Counted from the first letter of the stretch, positions 9,196 through 19,843 are shown. The stretch is 64,000 nt of DNA from an uncultured Spirochaetota bacterium (GCA_963783575.1 CAWAOD010000014.1:64001-128000), one strand, 5' to 3'. Notes: generated by a model from the sequence alone, not told the origin. Program-made: numbers and translations.

Positions 9196-10751
9196 TGCCG
9201 GCCCCCGATGGAGTCACAGAAACTCTGGTATTTCCCGATGTCTGATTTAGCTACTTCAAGATAGTGTTCAGGATTCACTGAAGGCCTGACAATCTTTTCA
9301 ACATTCAAGGGTATTTCTGCCTTTTCTGTTATAAAACAGTTCAGGTAATTATCCCACAAATCCTTCATGGAATAACTATCACTCTCCAGGCAGTTTGAGA
9401 TCGCTTGTGTAAGCTTCCCGGTATCAATTATCTTGTCCCTGAAGTATTTTCTTCCGGAAAGACATTGGTCCCTTACATAACGATTGAACTTCCTGAAATT
9501 ACATTCAAGAAAATCCTTCCAGCCGGGAATATCAAAGTACCCGCTTACTTCTTCTTTCAATAACTGCACACTCTTTCCCATTTCCCGGATCATTGCCCTG
9601 TTGGTTACAATCTGCCCCGGAATCACTGAAAGCCGGTATTCGGCGATTTGCTCTCCCGTTATCCTGTCAAAGACAAAAAGCCGACTGCCCGTCTTGTAGA
9701 TGTCCACCGAACCGTTCCTGTATTTTTCGGGAATATCATACTGGCTTGCATCAACTGCGATCCGGCATTTATCGCTTACACTGCGCTCTTCCCTTGCTCC
9801 TATCCTGTCTTTACGGAATATCGAATTCCTGACAGATTGGAGATATGGTCTTTCCGTTTCAATCTCTATCAGTGGTATTTTCATTGTAGCCTGGGATATT
9901 CTCCCGTTGGCTTTTCTTTCCAGCCATTTCATCAGGCTTTCTTCCGCTTCCATTAAACTGTTGAACTCCCGGACTGAGAAGAAACCGTGCTTGATGAATT
10001 TGACTACGTTTTCAATCTTTCCCTTACTTTCCGGGTCAGCAGGTCGGCACACATACATTTTAAGACCCATTTCCCCGATGAAATACTGAAAGTCTTTCGT
10101 GTAGATGATATCGCCTGAGTTCTCACTCGCAACCATCGTGCAGTCCTGATCGATGACAAGTTCATGCGGTATCCCGCCCATATATGCGAAACAGTCCAAC
10201 AGATGATTGATCAGGTCTTCTGTCCGGAATGGCCTCTCCTGGAGGGCCGCATACTTAAAACGACTGGCGGATAACACCGCGGCAAATATGTAATACCTTC
10301 TGCCATATCTGTCGGTATATTGACCGAAATCAAGCTGGAGCTGCTTTCCATATGGCATGTCAGGCACTTTTGTGTAATACCGTCGCTTTTCATTCAAGGT
10401 AAGCTGCCCGCTTTCAATCAGGTAATGTACGAAATTCCTCATCGTATTTTCATTCGCCGGTAGTTTGCCTTTTACCTCCAATAAATAGTCATACAAAGCA
10501 GACATATTCAGCCGGATGTAATCATTCTTTGCATATACTTTCAATATATCTGTTTTTATTCCTTCGAATTCTTTTTCACGGAAAGAGAATTCCATCAGGC
10601 TTTTCTGGTATTCAGCATCGTTCATAGTCCAATATTTCCGGACTGTCTTAATATCTATTGACAGTTCCCGGGATACACCATTTTTACTTTTCCCCAAAAG
10701 TTTCAGTTTTTTTATGTCCTGATACATAATATTTTTCACCATTCCTGCCAT
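9189..10751 (-). CDS. istA: IS21 DDE transposase IstA
   Basis: N-terminal HTH; QLDFG, LVIDQD and PESKGKIE motifs; overlaps istB. Confidence 0.95.
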   Translation of the reverse strand: MAGMVKNIMYQDIKKLKLLGKSKNGVSRELSIDIKTVRKYWTMNDAEYQKSLMEFSFREKEFEGIKTDILKVYAKNDYIRLNMSALYDYLLEVKGKLPANENTMRNFVHYLIESGQLTLNEKRRYYTKVPDMPYGKQLQLDFGQYTDRYGRRYYIFAAVLSASRFKYAALQERPFRTEDLINHLLDCFAYMGGIPHELVIDQDCTMVASENSGDIIYTKDFQYFIGEMGLKMYVCRPADPESKGKIENVVKFIKHGFFSVREFNSLMEAEESLMKWLERKANGRISQATMKIPLIEIETERPYLQSVRNSIFRKDRIGAREERSVSDKCRIAVDASQYDIPEKYRNGSVDIYKTGSRLFVFDRITGEQIAEYRLSVIPGQIVTNRAMIREMGKSVQLLKEEVSGYFDIPGWKDFLECNFRKFNRYVRDQCLSGRKYFRDKIIDTGKLTQAISNCLESDSYSMKDLWDNYLNCFITEKAEIPLNVEKIVRPSVNPEHYLEVAKSDIGKYQSFCDSIGGRQC

Positions 10752-10866
10752 CCTTTAATGAATTTTCATTAAAGGTAATCTTCAAGCTTCTCTATGGGAA
10801 ATCTGTTTGTGACAGGTATGGGAATTTCATTTATTGCTACCCTGGTAAATTAGTTTATCATTTCCA

Positions 10867-11035
10867 CAGACTGTTTGTTTTTCCCTGAAAGGCAGTTTAT
10901 AATCACACCAACTAATACGCCCACAGCTCCGTTTATATACTTGAGTGGTGGGCAAAGATTGTCGATGATTGTCTCGCTTGCTTCATGAAGCCCTTCCAGT
11001 ACTGTTTGACCAACTTCCATTAAATCAAAGCCCAT
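10867..11035 (-). CDS. Small protein (58 aa when reconstructed) whose last codons are cut by the IS21 insertion
   Basis: GGAGG RBS before ATG 11035; removing the IS and one TSD gives ...KNKQSED* followed by the terminator at 8256-8283. Confidence 0.55.
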
Positions 11036-11062
11036 AAATATTACCTCCGGGTTCTTCTTAGA

Positions 11063-11395
11063 ATGACCGATATTACGGCAAAAACCGCACTTGCGGTTGT
11101 GATTCAGGACGTGATTAATGGAAAAATGCGAAATGAAGATTATTCCGATGGACTATGGAAAAATATTATGTTACATCAGAAAGAATTTCAGACTTATTTA
11201 AAAAATCTCGGTAATTTTGTTGCGTTGACATTTGTAGAACATAGCAATGAAGACAACCAGCGCAGCTATCATTATCGAATAGAATTCAAAAAGGCTATTT
11301 TGCTCCAAAACTTTGTATTTGATGATAATAACAAAGTGTCATATCTCCAGTCAGAGGATGATTTAGTGATAACTCATTCAGGTTCCAATAAGTAA
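11063..11395 (+). CDS. Hypothetical protein, possibly a C-terminal domain fragment
   Basis: 110-aa ORF with no clear RBS. Confidence 0.35.
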   Translation: MTDITAKTALAVVIQDVINGKMRNEDYSDGLWKNIMLHQKEFQTYLKNLGNFVALTFVEHSNEDNQRSYHYRIEFKKAILLQNFVFDDNNKVSYLQSEDDLVITHSGSNK

Positions 11396-11572
11396 CTGTT
11401 TTATTCTTATTAAGTTAAGGATTATTGATGAAGAAAGATTGGGGAATGGGAAATGATACTATAAATACTTTGTTTAAATTTACACAAAGTAAATAATGAT
11501 TTAGAGACAATTTTATATTTCATTACCTTACTTGTCGATATTATTGTGTTCTGATTTTAATAAGAAGGGTTT

Positions 11573-11737
11573 ATGAACATATCATCAATCACAACAAGTA
11601 CTGCAATTGATATGGGTGATTTATTGAAGGACATAAATGATATTTCAAACCAATTTCAGGATAAACTTATTAATGTTAATATAAAAGAAGAATTAATTGA
11701 CGAAAACCTTGGCCAAACGATTAATATGATGGCTTAA
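11573..11737 (+). CDS. 54-aa protein resembling the YjfB-like putative motility family
   Basis: MNISSITTST...LIDENLGQTINMMA*; AAGAAGGG before ATG; sigma28-like GTCGATAT at 11534; below the ORF-track length cutoff. Confidence 0.5.
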   Translation: MNISSITTSTAIDMGDLLKDINDISNQFQDKLINVNIKEELIDENLGQTINMMA

Positions 11738-12091
11738 TAAAGAGAGTTGTAATTGATAACTATTCGAATAGAAGAGTAATATTGAATTCCTAAAGGCCCA
11801 AAATTTTAATTCATCCTATCTTCTTTTAGTAACAAACCATTCATTATCGCGGTTTATTTTATTCAGGTTTCGGCTCATCCAATCGCCGGTCAAAAACAAC
11901 ATTTTATCAGGATTATTATTCTTTGTGAAAAATAATTTAATTATAAAATCAAATGCCATTGATAAACCGCCTTTTTATGTAACCGATTATTATATCTTGT
12001 TTGTCTGGTTTAAACATAATTTGGAGAGGAATTTACTTTGTTCAAAATTGGACAAGGTCAAAAAGCTGAAAAGACATAATTTAAGAGAAAT

Positions 12092-12892
12092 TTACTTGCA
12101 CATTGAAAATAAGTCATTTAATTCTTTTAGTTGCTCATTTTCTGTTTGTAATCGCCATCTATTAGTATCAATTGTCGTAGAAAAGTTCCATGAATTCACT
12201 AATAGGGCATCCATAAAAAGTGGGTTAATTGAACCAAATAAATAATACCTAGAATGAACGTTAGGATCATTAACAACATTAAGAAGCAATTCTAATACTT
12301 TAGGGGTTATACTATTTTTTTGTATCCATCCAGATACTTCAATTTTATTTATCCAATTAGAATCAGAAATATCTAAAAAATCCATATCTCTGATTGGTAT
12401 TGAAATCATATTATTTTTAGTTTCATTAAGTTTTTGAAAGAAAAAATTCCTTCTTGCATTATCATATTTAGCATAATATTCATTAAGAGTAATTACTTTT
12501 AACTTTCTATTACTGTCTAATTGATTCCAAAATACTTTTATCTGTTGAAGTGTTAAAACAGAATTAGGATCTAATAGATTAATACTATTATTAAACATCC
12601 AATTTGCATGAGATGATTTTACTCCAAATGAAATAACTTTATTATTATCTATTATTTGAAATTGCTGGTTTTTAATTTTTTTCTTTGCTAATTCACTATT
12701 AATATAATCAACTATCTTATTAAAAAAATAATTTTGATCTTTTGAAGAAAAATATGTTTTAATAAATTTCAAATCTTTTAAAGCATGATCCACATCTGAG
12801 CTTCTATACAAAATAAGAGAAAATAAAATTATTATTGATACAATAGATATATTAAAAGATATTCTTTTGGCCTCTTCAAATAAACTTTTCAT
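12092..12892 (-). CDS. Hypothetical protein with an N-terminal TM anchor
   Basis: 266-aa very AT-rich ORF; GAAGGA RBS. Confidence 0.55.
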   Translation of the reverse strand: MKSLFEEAKRISFNISIVSIIILFSLILYRSSDVDHALKDLKFIKTYFSSKDQNYFFNKIVDYINSELAKKKIKNQQFQIIDNNKVISFGVKSSHANWMFNNSINLLDPNSVLTLQQIKVFWNQLDSNRKLKVITLNEYYAKYDNARRNFFFQKLNETKNNMISIPIRDMDFLDISDSNWINKIEVSGWIQKNSITPKVLELLLNVVNDPNVHSRYYLFGSINPLFMDALLVNSWNFSTTIDTNRWRLQTENEQLKELNDLFSMCK

Positions 12893-12931
12893 ATTATTTC
12901 CTTCACATATTTTAAAACTAATGATAAATCA

Positions 12932-13264
12932 TTATTTTTTTCCTTTCTCCTCCATAATCCGCTTCACCACCTCTTTCAACGTTTCATCTGCCTGATAATC
13001 ACTTTTATTGGTAAGTACCTGCTTTAGCATTCTTCTCCCAGAACTTTTCTTCAATTCTTTTTCACGCAATAGCGCTTCTTTAAAAGAATCAAAACATTCC
13101 AGATAAAACAAGCGAACCGGTTTATATTTTTTTGTCCAATTGGCTCCTCTGCCGGATAAATGCTGATTCCAGCGGTTGATTACATCCTCAGTCTGTCCGA
13201 TATATACAGATTTATTCTCACACTCAATAGCATAAACAAACCAATGCTTATTTTCAGTGGGCAC
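12932..13264 (-). CDS. GIY-YIG nuclease family protein with an HsdS-like tail
   Basis: FVYAIEC..SVYIGQT..RWNQH..GANWTKKYKP..ALLREKELK motifs. Confidence 0.85.
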   Translation of the reverse strand: MPTENKHWFVYAIECENKSVYIGQTEDVINRWNQHLSGRGANWTKKYKPVRLFYLECFDSFKEALLREKELKKSSGRRMLKQVLTNKSDYQADETLKEVVKRIMEEKGKK

Positions 13265-13269
13265 TATTT

Positions 13270-13450
13270 TTAATCCTTGATTTTTTTATTGTAGTTTTCT
13301 AACTTTTGCTTTTCTTCTAAAATACATTTAAGGAGTTTTTCAGCAGTTTCATCATTCGGGGCTGGTTCTAATTCAATTTCTTTCCACAATTTTAATTTCC
13401 TCTTCAGCCAGTCTATACAGTTCATAAACCAGCTTATCTATTTTATTATC
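13270..13450 (-). pseudogene. Restriction-modification remnants (type IIG-like C-terminus plus type I HsdS-like C-terminus)
   Basis: Minus-strand peptides IDKLVYELYRLAEEEIKIVE and ELEPAPNDETAEKLLKCILEEKQK. Confidence 0.6.
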
Positions 13451-13998
13451 CGGAAATTCCATAAATTAATTCCAAATGATTTTTAATGATTGATTATACA
13501 TCTAACGTTTCTTTCTGGCAAGACATAAAATTAATTTATAATGATAGTTTTTCAAACTTCCCTTATAGCCCTACTTTTTCATTAAGATTATTTTATACAC
13601 AAACTATGTTTCCAGTGACTATAAGACAAGAAAAACATAAAATTGAGGGTTAGGGGAATTATAAAATTCAAATACTGGATTTGACTTTCCCTTATTAAAA
13701 TTATAAGAATTTTCACCAGGAGATTTTATGGAGTCCCGTTATATTGAATACAATGGCAAGTAATACCAGGTGCAAATTAGTAAAGTATCACATGGCTATG
13801 TTACTGAAATTTTGGATAATGATAATATTCTCACTTCTTTCAATTCTAGGAAACCAGCTACAGATGAAGTGATTAATGGGACACTTGAAACTAAAATCTA
13901 AGATGGGTAATGAGAAGGAAGGGGATTAGATAATTTACTCATGGCGGGAAATTTGTTTTGTTTTTCACGTTGTTGTGATGTTTGCAAAAACATATTCA

Positions 13999-14826
13999 TC
14001 ATAATATTTCTTTTATAAAATTTTCTAAATTATAAGTTTTACATTTTATTGTAACCAGGAAATTATATAAGTTTTCAACTTGCTTAATTTTTTTATCATT
14101 TTTCATTCTATTAATTAAATTGAATCTTTCATTATCCAAAATAGCATAATCATAATAGGGTATATAAGTTAGATGCCAATAATCTCCTAAATCAGAATCT
14201 TTTGCTTTTTTATTTTGAATATAATATTCATAAAATATTGATATAGTTACAATATTACGAGATTTAAAACATTCTTCTATTATATTATCTTTATTCCTAT
14301 ATTTATCTATAAACCATTTATGATATATATATAAATCTTTTATTAAATTAGTTTTAAGATATAACCAAGTTTGAAAAACTGAGTATTTACCATCTTTCTC
14401 GGGCAAAAATTTTTTCTTTTCATTAATTATGTCACTCAAAATTTCTTTACTATATATTCTATATTCATTTTCAAATTCAGATATTTTATCATTAAAATTG
14501 ATTTCAAAATCTTTTTTAACAATCCATTTATTATTTCCTAATTGAGAAGAATGCAAAGCAACAGGTAACTCAATCTCATTTGGATAATTATCTACTTCTT
14601 CTTTAAATAACACATCAATATTTTTTGTAATAACAAATGGAATTGAAACAAAAAAATCTAATATATTACCCCAACTTGATTTCCATTTATAAATTTCTAT
14701 TAAAACAAGAATATTTATTGCTAACGTTAATTTATTAGAATCAATGAAATCAATAACTTTATTTCTAAATTCACTATTTTGGGTTATCTTTGCTAAAGCA
14801 AAAGTATCAATAAAAATAAAATTCAT
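13999..14826 (-). CDS. Hypothetical protein with a PIN-like acidic motif pattern
   Basis: IFIDTFAL at the N-terminus, LIEI, and DSDLGDYWH..IPYYDYAILD near the C-terminus. Confidence 0.5.
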   Translation of the reverse strand: MNFIFIDTFALAKITQNSEFRNKVIDFIDSNKLTLAINILVLIEIYKWKSSWGNILDFFVSIPFVITKNIDVLFKEEVDNYPNEIELPVALHSSQLGNNKWIVKKDFEINFNDKISEFENEYRIYSKEILSDIINEKKKFLPEKDGKYSVFQTWLYLKTNLIKDLYIYHKWFIDKYRNKDNIIEECFKSRNIVTISIFYEYYIQNKKAKDSDLGDYWHLTYIPYYDYAILDNERFNLINRMKNDKKIKQVENLYNFLVTIKCKTYNLENFIKEIL

Positions 14827-14923
14827 TACTTTTCCTTAAATATGCAGTTGTTTTCTGAATTGTTCACACAACAAAATGGTCAGAATGGATTGATGAAGCA
14901 ATAAAATAATAACTTTATTATAA

Positions 14924-15428
14924 TTATAATTGTTTTCTAAGTATTAACTTAGGAATAAATTTACCATTATTATCATTATAAACAATAATTAGAAATCTAT
15001 CACTACTATTTCCTAAGATATAACTATTTATAGATTGTTCAAAATTATTAAATAGGACTTCTATTTCTTCTTTTATTTTTGTTTGACATATCATTATTCT
15101 TTTTTCTGCATTTGATAAAAGTAATTTTTCGAAGTCATATTTTATTGCAGGCCAATTCATTTCCCATTCAGATTCTAAAGTTAATGAAACTGTTATTAAT
15201 CTTTCATTCAAATCATTTTTATACCATACTAAATCATATAACCACCCTGGGGAAAATCCAGGAGTTGCACAGACACTATAACCTAATCCTTCACCCAATT
15301 CTCCCTATTATTTCTTTAATTTTATTAGTCCATATTTTATTACTTCTCCAACTGTTCTGATGTGCTTGTGTGGAAAACTCATTTAATGAATCAACGATTC
15401 TTTGTTCAATATCATCTAAATTTATCAT
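14924..15428 (-). pseudogene. Hypothetical PD-(D/E)XK-like protein, frameshifted near 15303
   Basis: AGGAGG RBS and ATG 15428 (MINLDDIEQR...) join the 14924-15298 ORF after a 1-nt shift; WLYDLVW..LESEW..YDFEKL motif. Confidence 0.55.
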
Positions 15429-15488
15429 ATAAACCTCCTACTTATTATATTTTTTCTATTGAGTAATTCGTCAACTTTATTACTATCT

Positions 15489-15511
15489 GGGAAATTAGTT
15501 TATCATTTCCA
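15489..15511 (-). mobile_element. Orphan IS21-type terminal IR
   Basis: GGGAAATTAGTTTATCATTTCCA vs GGTAAATTAGTTTATCATTTCCA at the IS21 end (10844-10866). Confidence 0.8.
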
Positions 15512-15559
15512 ATTAGGAGCACAGCTTGTAGCGGTTGTTAGATTACATTGGCCGTTGTT

Positions 15560-16438
15560 TTATTCATTTTTTTTTAATTCACTAAAATACTTTTTATTTA
15601 TTTCATAAATTTTTAGAAATTTACTATAATTACCTAAATCTGAATATACTTTCAACTTATCAATATCTTCTTTTTTATATTTTATCATAATATTTGTGAT
15701 CATAAAAATTGTCATAATTAAAGAAAATAATAGTGTAACAAAGAGTAAAATAACTCCCTTTATGGATAGCATTGATTGATAATTTAGAATATTTGGATTA
15801 TTATTATCTACGGGTAAAAGGCATAAAGGAAAAATAACACCTATATAAAATAGAATCAATATAATTATAATTGACCAAAATATCAATATAGATGATTGAG
15901 GATTTATCTTTATTTCATTTATAAAATTATTGATTAATTGTATGTTCTGACTAATCTCTATTATAAGATTATTTATTGATTCTTTTTCTTCATTTATTTC
16001 GTTAGTATTTAGCATTGACAAATGAGGAAATGAAGTAGGTATAAGACTCCCAAACATTGCTTTTTTTTCTTGTGTTTTTTTATAATTTTTTATTCGTGAG
16101 TCAATTTCATGAAGAATTTCGACTCTATCATCGAATAAAGAGAATTTTAATGAGTTATAATATTCCAAACTACTTTTTTTTATTCCATTCTTTTCTAAAT
16201 TATCATTTAGTTCTTCAAATTCTCTTTTTCTAATATTATTATTGTACCAAGTAAAATATCTGTTATTAATCTTTTCTTTTAAACTTTTAGAATTTAAAAT
16301 AAATTCAGATAATTTATCATTATTAACTTTATAAATAGCTTGATTTGAAATAATTTTTGTTATAATGAATGATCCTATTAAACCAACAATTGCCGCTATT
16401 GATTGTGATAATGAACTATAAAGCCAATTCCAATCCAT
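15560..16438 (-). CDS. Hypothetical membrane protein (N-terminal TM, coiled region, two C-terminal TMs)
   Basis: Start MDWNWLY after GAGG RBS; bounded by GTTAGAT/ATCTAAC boxes. Confidence 0.65.
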   Translation of the reverse strand: MDWNWLYSSLSQSIAAIVGLIGSFIITKIISNQAIYKVNNDKLSEFILNSKSLKEKINNRYFTWYNNNIRKREFEELNDNLEKNGIKKSSLEYYNSLKFSLFDDRVEILHEIDSRIKNYKKTQEKKAMFGSLIPTSFPHLSMLNTNEINEEKESINNLIIEISQNIQLINNFINEIKINPQSSILIFWSIIIILILFYIGVIFPLCLLPVDNNNPNILNYQSMLSIKGVILLFVTLLFSLIMTIFMITNIMIKYKKEDIDKLKVYSDLGNYSKFLKIYEINKKYFSELKKNE

Positions 16439-16756
16439 AATTACCTCAAATAAAAAAAAACTAGGGCATAATGTCATCTAACTCGATTTATTGAAGTTTG
16501 TATATCCCGGAAAATTATGGGTAATATTCGAACTTATTATATTACATTTAATAACCTTATTATTACAATGTAGTTTATTTAAATTTTTTATAATCAATCA
16601 AGAACTATTTTTATTAATAGGTTATAGTGTATAACGTTCTTATAATATACCCTTTCAAAAATTAAGTCAAGCGAAAAAACTAGGAACAACACTTATTACT
16701 TTTTAATCTAATAAGCTAGACTAATATTTAAACTTTGGAAGAGACAAATAGGGAAT

Positions 16757-17581
16757 TTAGTTTATTATTTCTAATTGTTCAACATTATTTTTTCTCTGGA
16801 AAATCTCCTTTTCTATGGAACCTGCTACTATATCAATTTCTGTTTTATTTACTTTAATTTCTTCTTCCAGGGTTGAAATCTTTTTAAAAACATACTGAGA
16901 AATAGTTTCTCTAATCTCTGGTGTCATGTTCATAAACCGAAAAGCACAAAAATTCTCCTGGTAGGACACAACAATACCATTAATAAATATATTTTTTCCA
17001 TCTAAAATGAATTGAATGTTTTTAACTTCTAAGCCAACTATTAATGAATCAACTGGGAATATCCCGATTAATTTGGCTGCAACACCGCCAATACTTATAT
17101 CTTTTATCTGGCCTATAATCAACTTCGAATTATTTGGTGAGCGAAATTTCATTCCAATATTATCATCTATTGATATTCGAACAAACTTCCTTTCAGGCGG
17201 AACGCCAAGAACTTTTTGATATGTATTTATAATATATTTGTAAATAAAATCTTCAGAGGAATCATTCTTAATAAATCCTATAATGCCGCATTGAATTGCA
17301 GATATAATGTCATTTTTATCTATAGAACCTATGTGAAGAATTACAGTTGTTTTATTCACTAATTCAGATGAATGCTTTTTAATTTGCCTCACTAGTTCAA
17401 AGACAGTTGCAAAATTCTCTTGTATAGCATCCAAAATTACTATTTCGGGATTGAGTTGCAAGATTTTGTTGTTTATATTTTCAGGCCGTACCGTGTGAAA
17501 TAGATTTATTCCTGATGGTATCAATGCATTGACAAATGTATTTCTAGTATAGTATGACTGTGTGTATATTAAAACATTCAT
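16757..17581 (-). CDS. Receiver-like plus PilZ domain protein, paralog 1
   Basis: ERKFVR (RxxxR) and DISIGG PilZ motifs; N-terminal receiver-like fold (IVILD...GFIK). Confidence 0.8.
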   Translation of the reverse strand: MNVLIYTQSYYTRNTFVNALIPSGINLFHTVRPENINNKILQLNPEIVILDAIQENFATVFELVRQIKKHSSELVNKTTVILHIGSIDKNDIISAIQCGIIGFIKNDSSEDFIYKYIINTYQKVLGVPPERKFVRISIDDNIGMKFRSPNNSKLIIGQIKDISIGGVAAKLIGIFPVDSLIVGLEVKNIQFILDGKNIFINGIVVSYQENFCAFRFMNMTPEIRETISQYVFKKISTLEEEIKVNKTEIDIVAGSIEKEIFQRKNNVEQLEIIN

Positions 17582-17700
17582 ACTTTATCCAATCCTTATA
17601 TTTCCACTATTAAATTATTATAACACAATTGATTTGAAAACGTATCACCCATGAGGGGTGATATTGGCAAAAAATTTCTTTAATAAAAGATAAGGGTTGT

Positions 17701-17767
17701 ATGGAAATTTTATTTGTGACGGGTATGGGAAAATTGCTTGTAACTACCCTGGGGTTTATCATTTCCA
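17701..17767 (-). mobile_element. Orphan IS21-type left end with subterminal repeats
   Basis: TTTGTGACGGGTATGGGAAAATTG..CTACCCTGG.GTTTATCATTTCCA closely parallels 10800-10866. Confidence 0.8.
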
Positions 17768-17831
17768 CTATTTTCCTGGGGAATCCATAATTCTTTATTT
17801 CCGGGATAGCACAATTTTATTTATCTTCTGA

Positions 17832-18659
17832 CTATACAATAGAATCTTGTTCATCATTATTTTGGCCCTGGGGATTTTCCTTTTCTCCAGAAACAGCAGT
17901 ATCGATGGTTTCTGTCTTACTTACTTTAATCTCTTCTTCAATAAGCGCAATCTTCTTAAAAATATACTGAGAAATGGTTTCTTTAATCTCGGATGACATA
18001 CCAACAAAAAGAAAAGCACAAAATTTCTTCTGATAAGCTACGATAACGCCATCAATAAATATGTCTTTCCCATCTAAAATAAATTGCATATTCTTAATTT
18101 CTGAACCAACTGTAAAAGAATCCTGCGGAAATGTTCCAATCAATTCGACAGCGATACCGCCAAGACTGATATCTTTTACTTGACCAATAATCAACTGTGA
18201 ATTATTCGGCGAGCGAAATTTAATTCCAATACTATCATTATGGTCGATTATTACTCGAACATATTTCCTTTCAGGCGGAACCCCTAGAACTTTTTGATAG
18301 GTGTCCATAATATATTTATAAACAAAATCTTCTGTGGAATTACTTTTAATAAATCCAATAACGCTGCACTGAATAGCAGATGTTATATCTTGTTTATCAA
18401 TAGAACCTATTAGAAGAATTATAGCTGTCTTTTTTACTTCTTCAGAGGAATGTTTTTTTATTTGTTTCACGAGTTCAAATACTGTAGCAAAATCATCATG
18501 TATCACTTCAAGAATTACTATTTCTGGGGAGTGCTGTAAAATTTTATTATTGAGATTTTCAGGTCGTTCTTCATGATATAAATTTATTCCAGCTGATAAT
18601 AATGCATTAACAAAAATGTTTCTGACATAGTATGACTGTGTGTATATTAAAACATTCAT
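17832..18659 (-). CDS. Receiver-like plus PilZ domain protein, paralog 2
   Basis: ERKYVR and DISLGG; highly similar to 16757-17581 along its whole length. Confidence 0.8.
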   Translation of the reverse strand: MNVLIYTQSYYVRNIFVNALLSAGINLYHEERPENLNNKILQHSPEIVILEVIHDDFATVFELVKQIKKHSSEEVKKTAIILLIGSIDKQDITSAIQCSVIGFIKSNSTEDFVYKYIMDTYQKVLGVPPERKYVRVIIDHNDSIGIKFRSPNNSQLIIGQVKDISLGGIAVELIGTFPQDSFTVGSEIKNMQFILDGKDIFIDGVIVAYQKKFCAFLFVGMSSEIKETISQYIFKKIALIEEEIKVSKTETIDTAVSGEKENPQGQNNDEQDSIV

Positions 18660-18780
18660 ATTTTATCCAATCAATATTTTACCTATTAATTCAGATATAA
18701 GTCAATAGAAATCACATAATTATAATTGTATTATTTGGGAATTTCAATATTCTTACTATTGGTAATACTACCATAGGGGC

Positions 18781-18868
18781 TATGGGAAAAACACTCGTAA
18801 TATGTTGGGCTTGGAGTAGGGCGGAAATTTATTTGGAAGCAAGGGTGGTATTTAGTTTATTATTTACA
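18781..18868 (-). mobile_element. Degenerate orphan IS21-type end
   Basis: TATGGGAAAAACACTCG repeat-like unit and GGTATTTAGTTTATTATTTACA terminus-like sequence. Confidence 0.5.
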
Positions 18869-19009
18869 ATAATCTAGTTGATTTTAATTTGCCAAAGTTT
18901 AATGGTAACTAGGGTAATATTAGGTGCTTTTGTTAAGGGAATAGAACAGATATACCTTATTGAACAGTTATATGATGTATTGGTGCCTATATTGGAAAAT
19001 AACTCTATT

Positions 19010-19582
19010 TTAATAAATAAAAGGTATTAATCGCTTTGTTTTATTCATATATTCAATATATTTTGAACCAAAATGTTCTATTAGTGCTTTTTCTTCAGCA
19101 TATATTCGGTAACTTATTGAAATAAAAGTTGGAATTATCATAATACAAATACAAATCCAATTATTCATGGCTATACCGCTGCCTGATAAAGCTAATAAAC
19201 TCCCTAAATATGCAGGATGTCTGATAAATTTATATATGCCTCTGTCATATATTTTATGGTTCTGAACAATGGTTACAGAATATGTAAATTGTCCCTTTAA
19301 TGTTAATATGGCACTAATTCTAATAATAATTCCCAATATAATAAAGAATAATCCAAATATCAACAGATAAATCGGATTTCGAAATAATATTCCATAATGT
19401 TGATTAAAGTAAATATTAAATGAAATAACATATCCTAATCCAATAGATACATTAAATAAGATTAGACTTCCCTTATCTTTATTCTTTTCAACTTTTGAAC
19501 TAATTTGTCTTTTAATACCATTAATTAATTCAAATATTCCCCAAGATAAGGCTACCACAGGAACAATATATTTCTCTAACAT
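19010..19582 (-). CDS. Isoprenylcysteine carboxyl methyltransferase (ICMT/PEMT) family protein
   Basis: GIYKFIRHPAYLG, RIYAEEKAL and RLIPFIY motifs; TM segments. Confidence 0.85.
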   Translation of the reverse strand: MLEKYIVPVVALSWGIFELINGIKRQISSKVEKNKDKGSLILFNVSIGLGYVISFNIYFNQHYGILFRNPIYLLIFGLFFIILGIIIRISAILTLKGQFTYSVTIVQNHKIYDRGIYKFIRHPAYLGSLLALSGSGIAMNNWICICIMIIPTFISISYRIYAEEKALIEHFGSKYIEYMNKTKRLIPFIY

Positions 19583-19843
19583 AAAGACTAACTCCTTTAT
19601 TGCATTTTTATATTAATCGAAAATATTTTTTTATTTTAAACTTGCCAACGGTCCGACTTCAGAAAATGGGTAGCACTTTTTCTAAAGGTTTGATGTTGCT
19701 GGCTGCTGTACAAATTAAAAAACTTAAATCTTCTATTTTAGCAATATTTTGAACTATTATCGGTTTAAACCCTAATGCTTTCCAGGTATTTTCAGCATCC
19801 ATTATTTTGAAATTGACATTAAAATTCATTTTTTAATTCCTTT

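Larger units (their letters stand above)
8305..10866 (-). mobile_element. Complete IS21-family insertion sequence (2562 bp)
   Basis: Termini TGGAAATG...CATTTCCA; 5-bp TSD CAGAC at 8300-8304 and 10867-10871; istA-istB pair; subterminal repeats at both ends. Confidence 0.95.
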
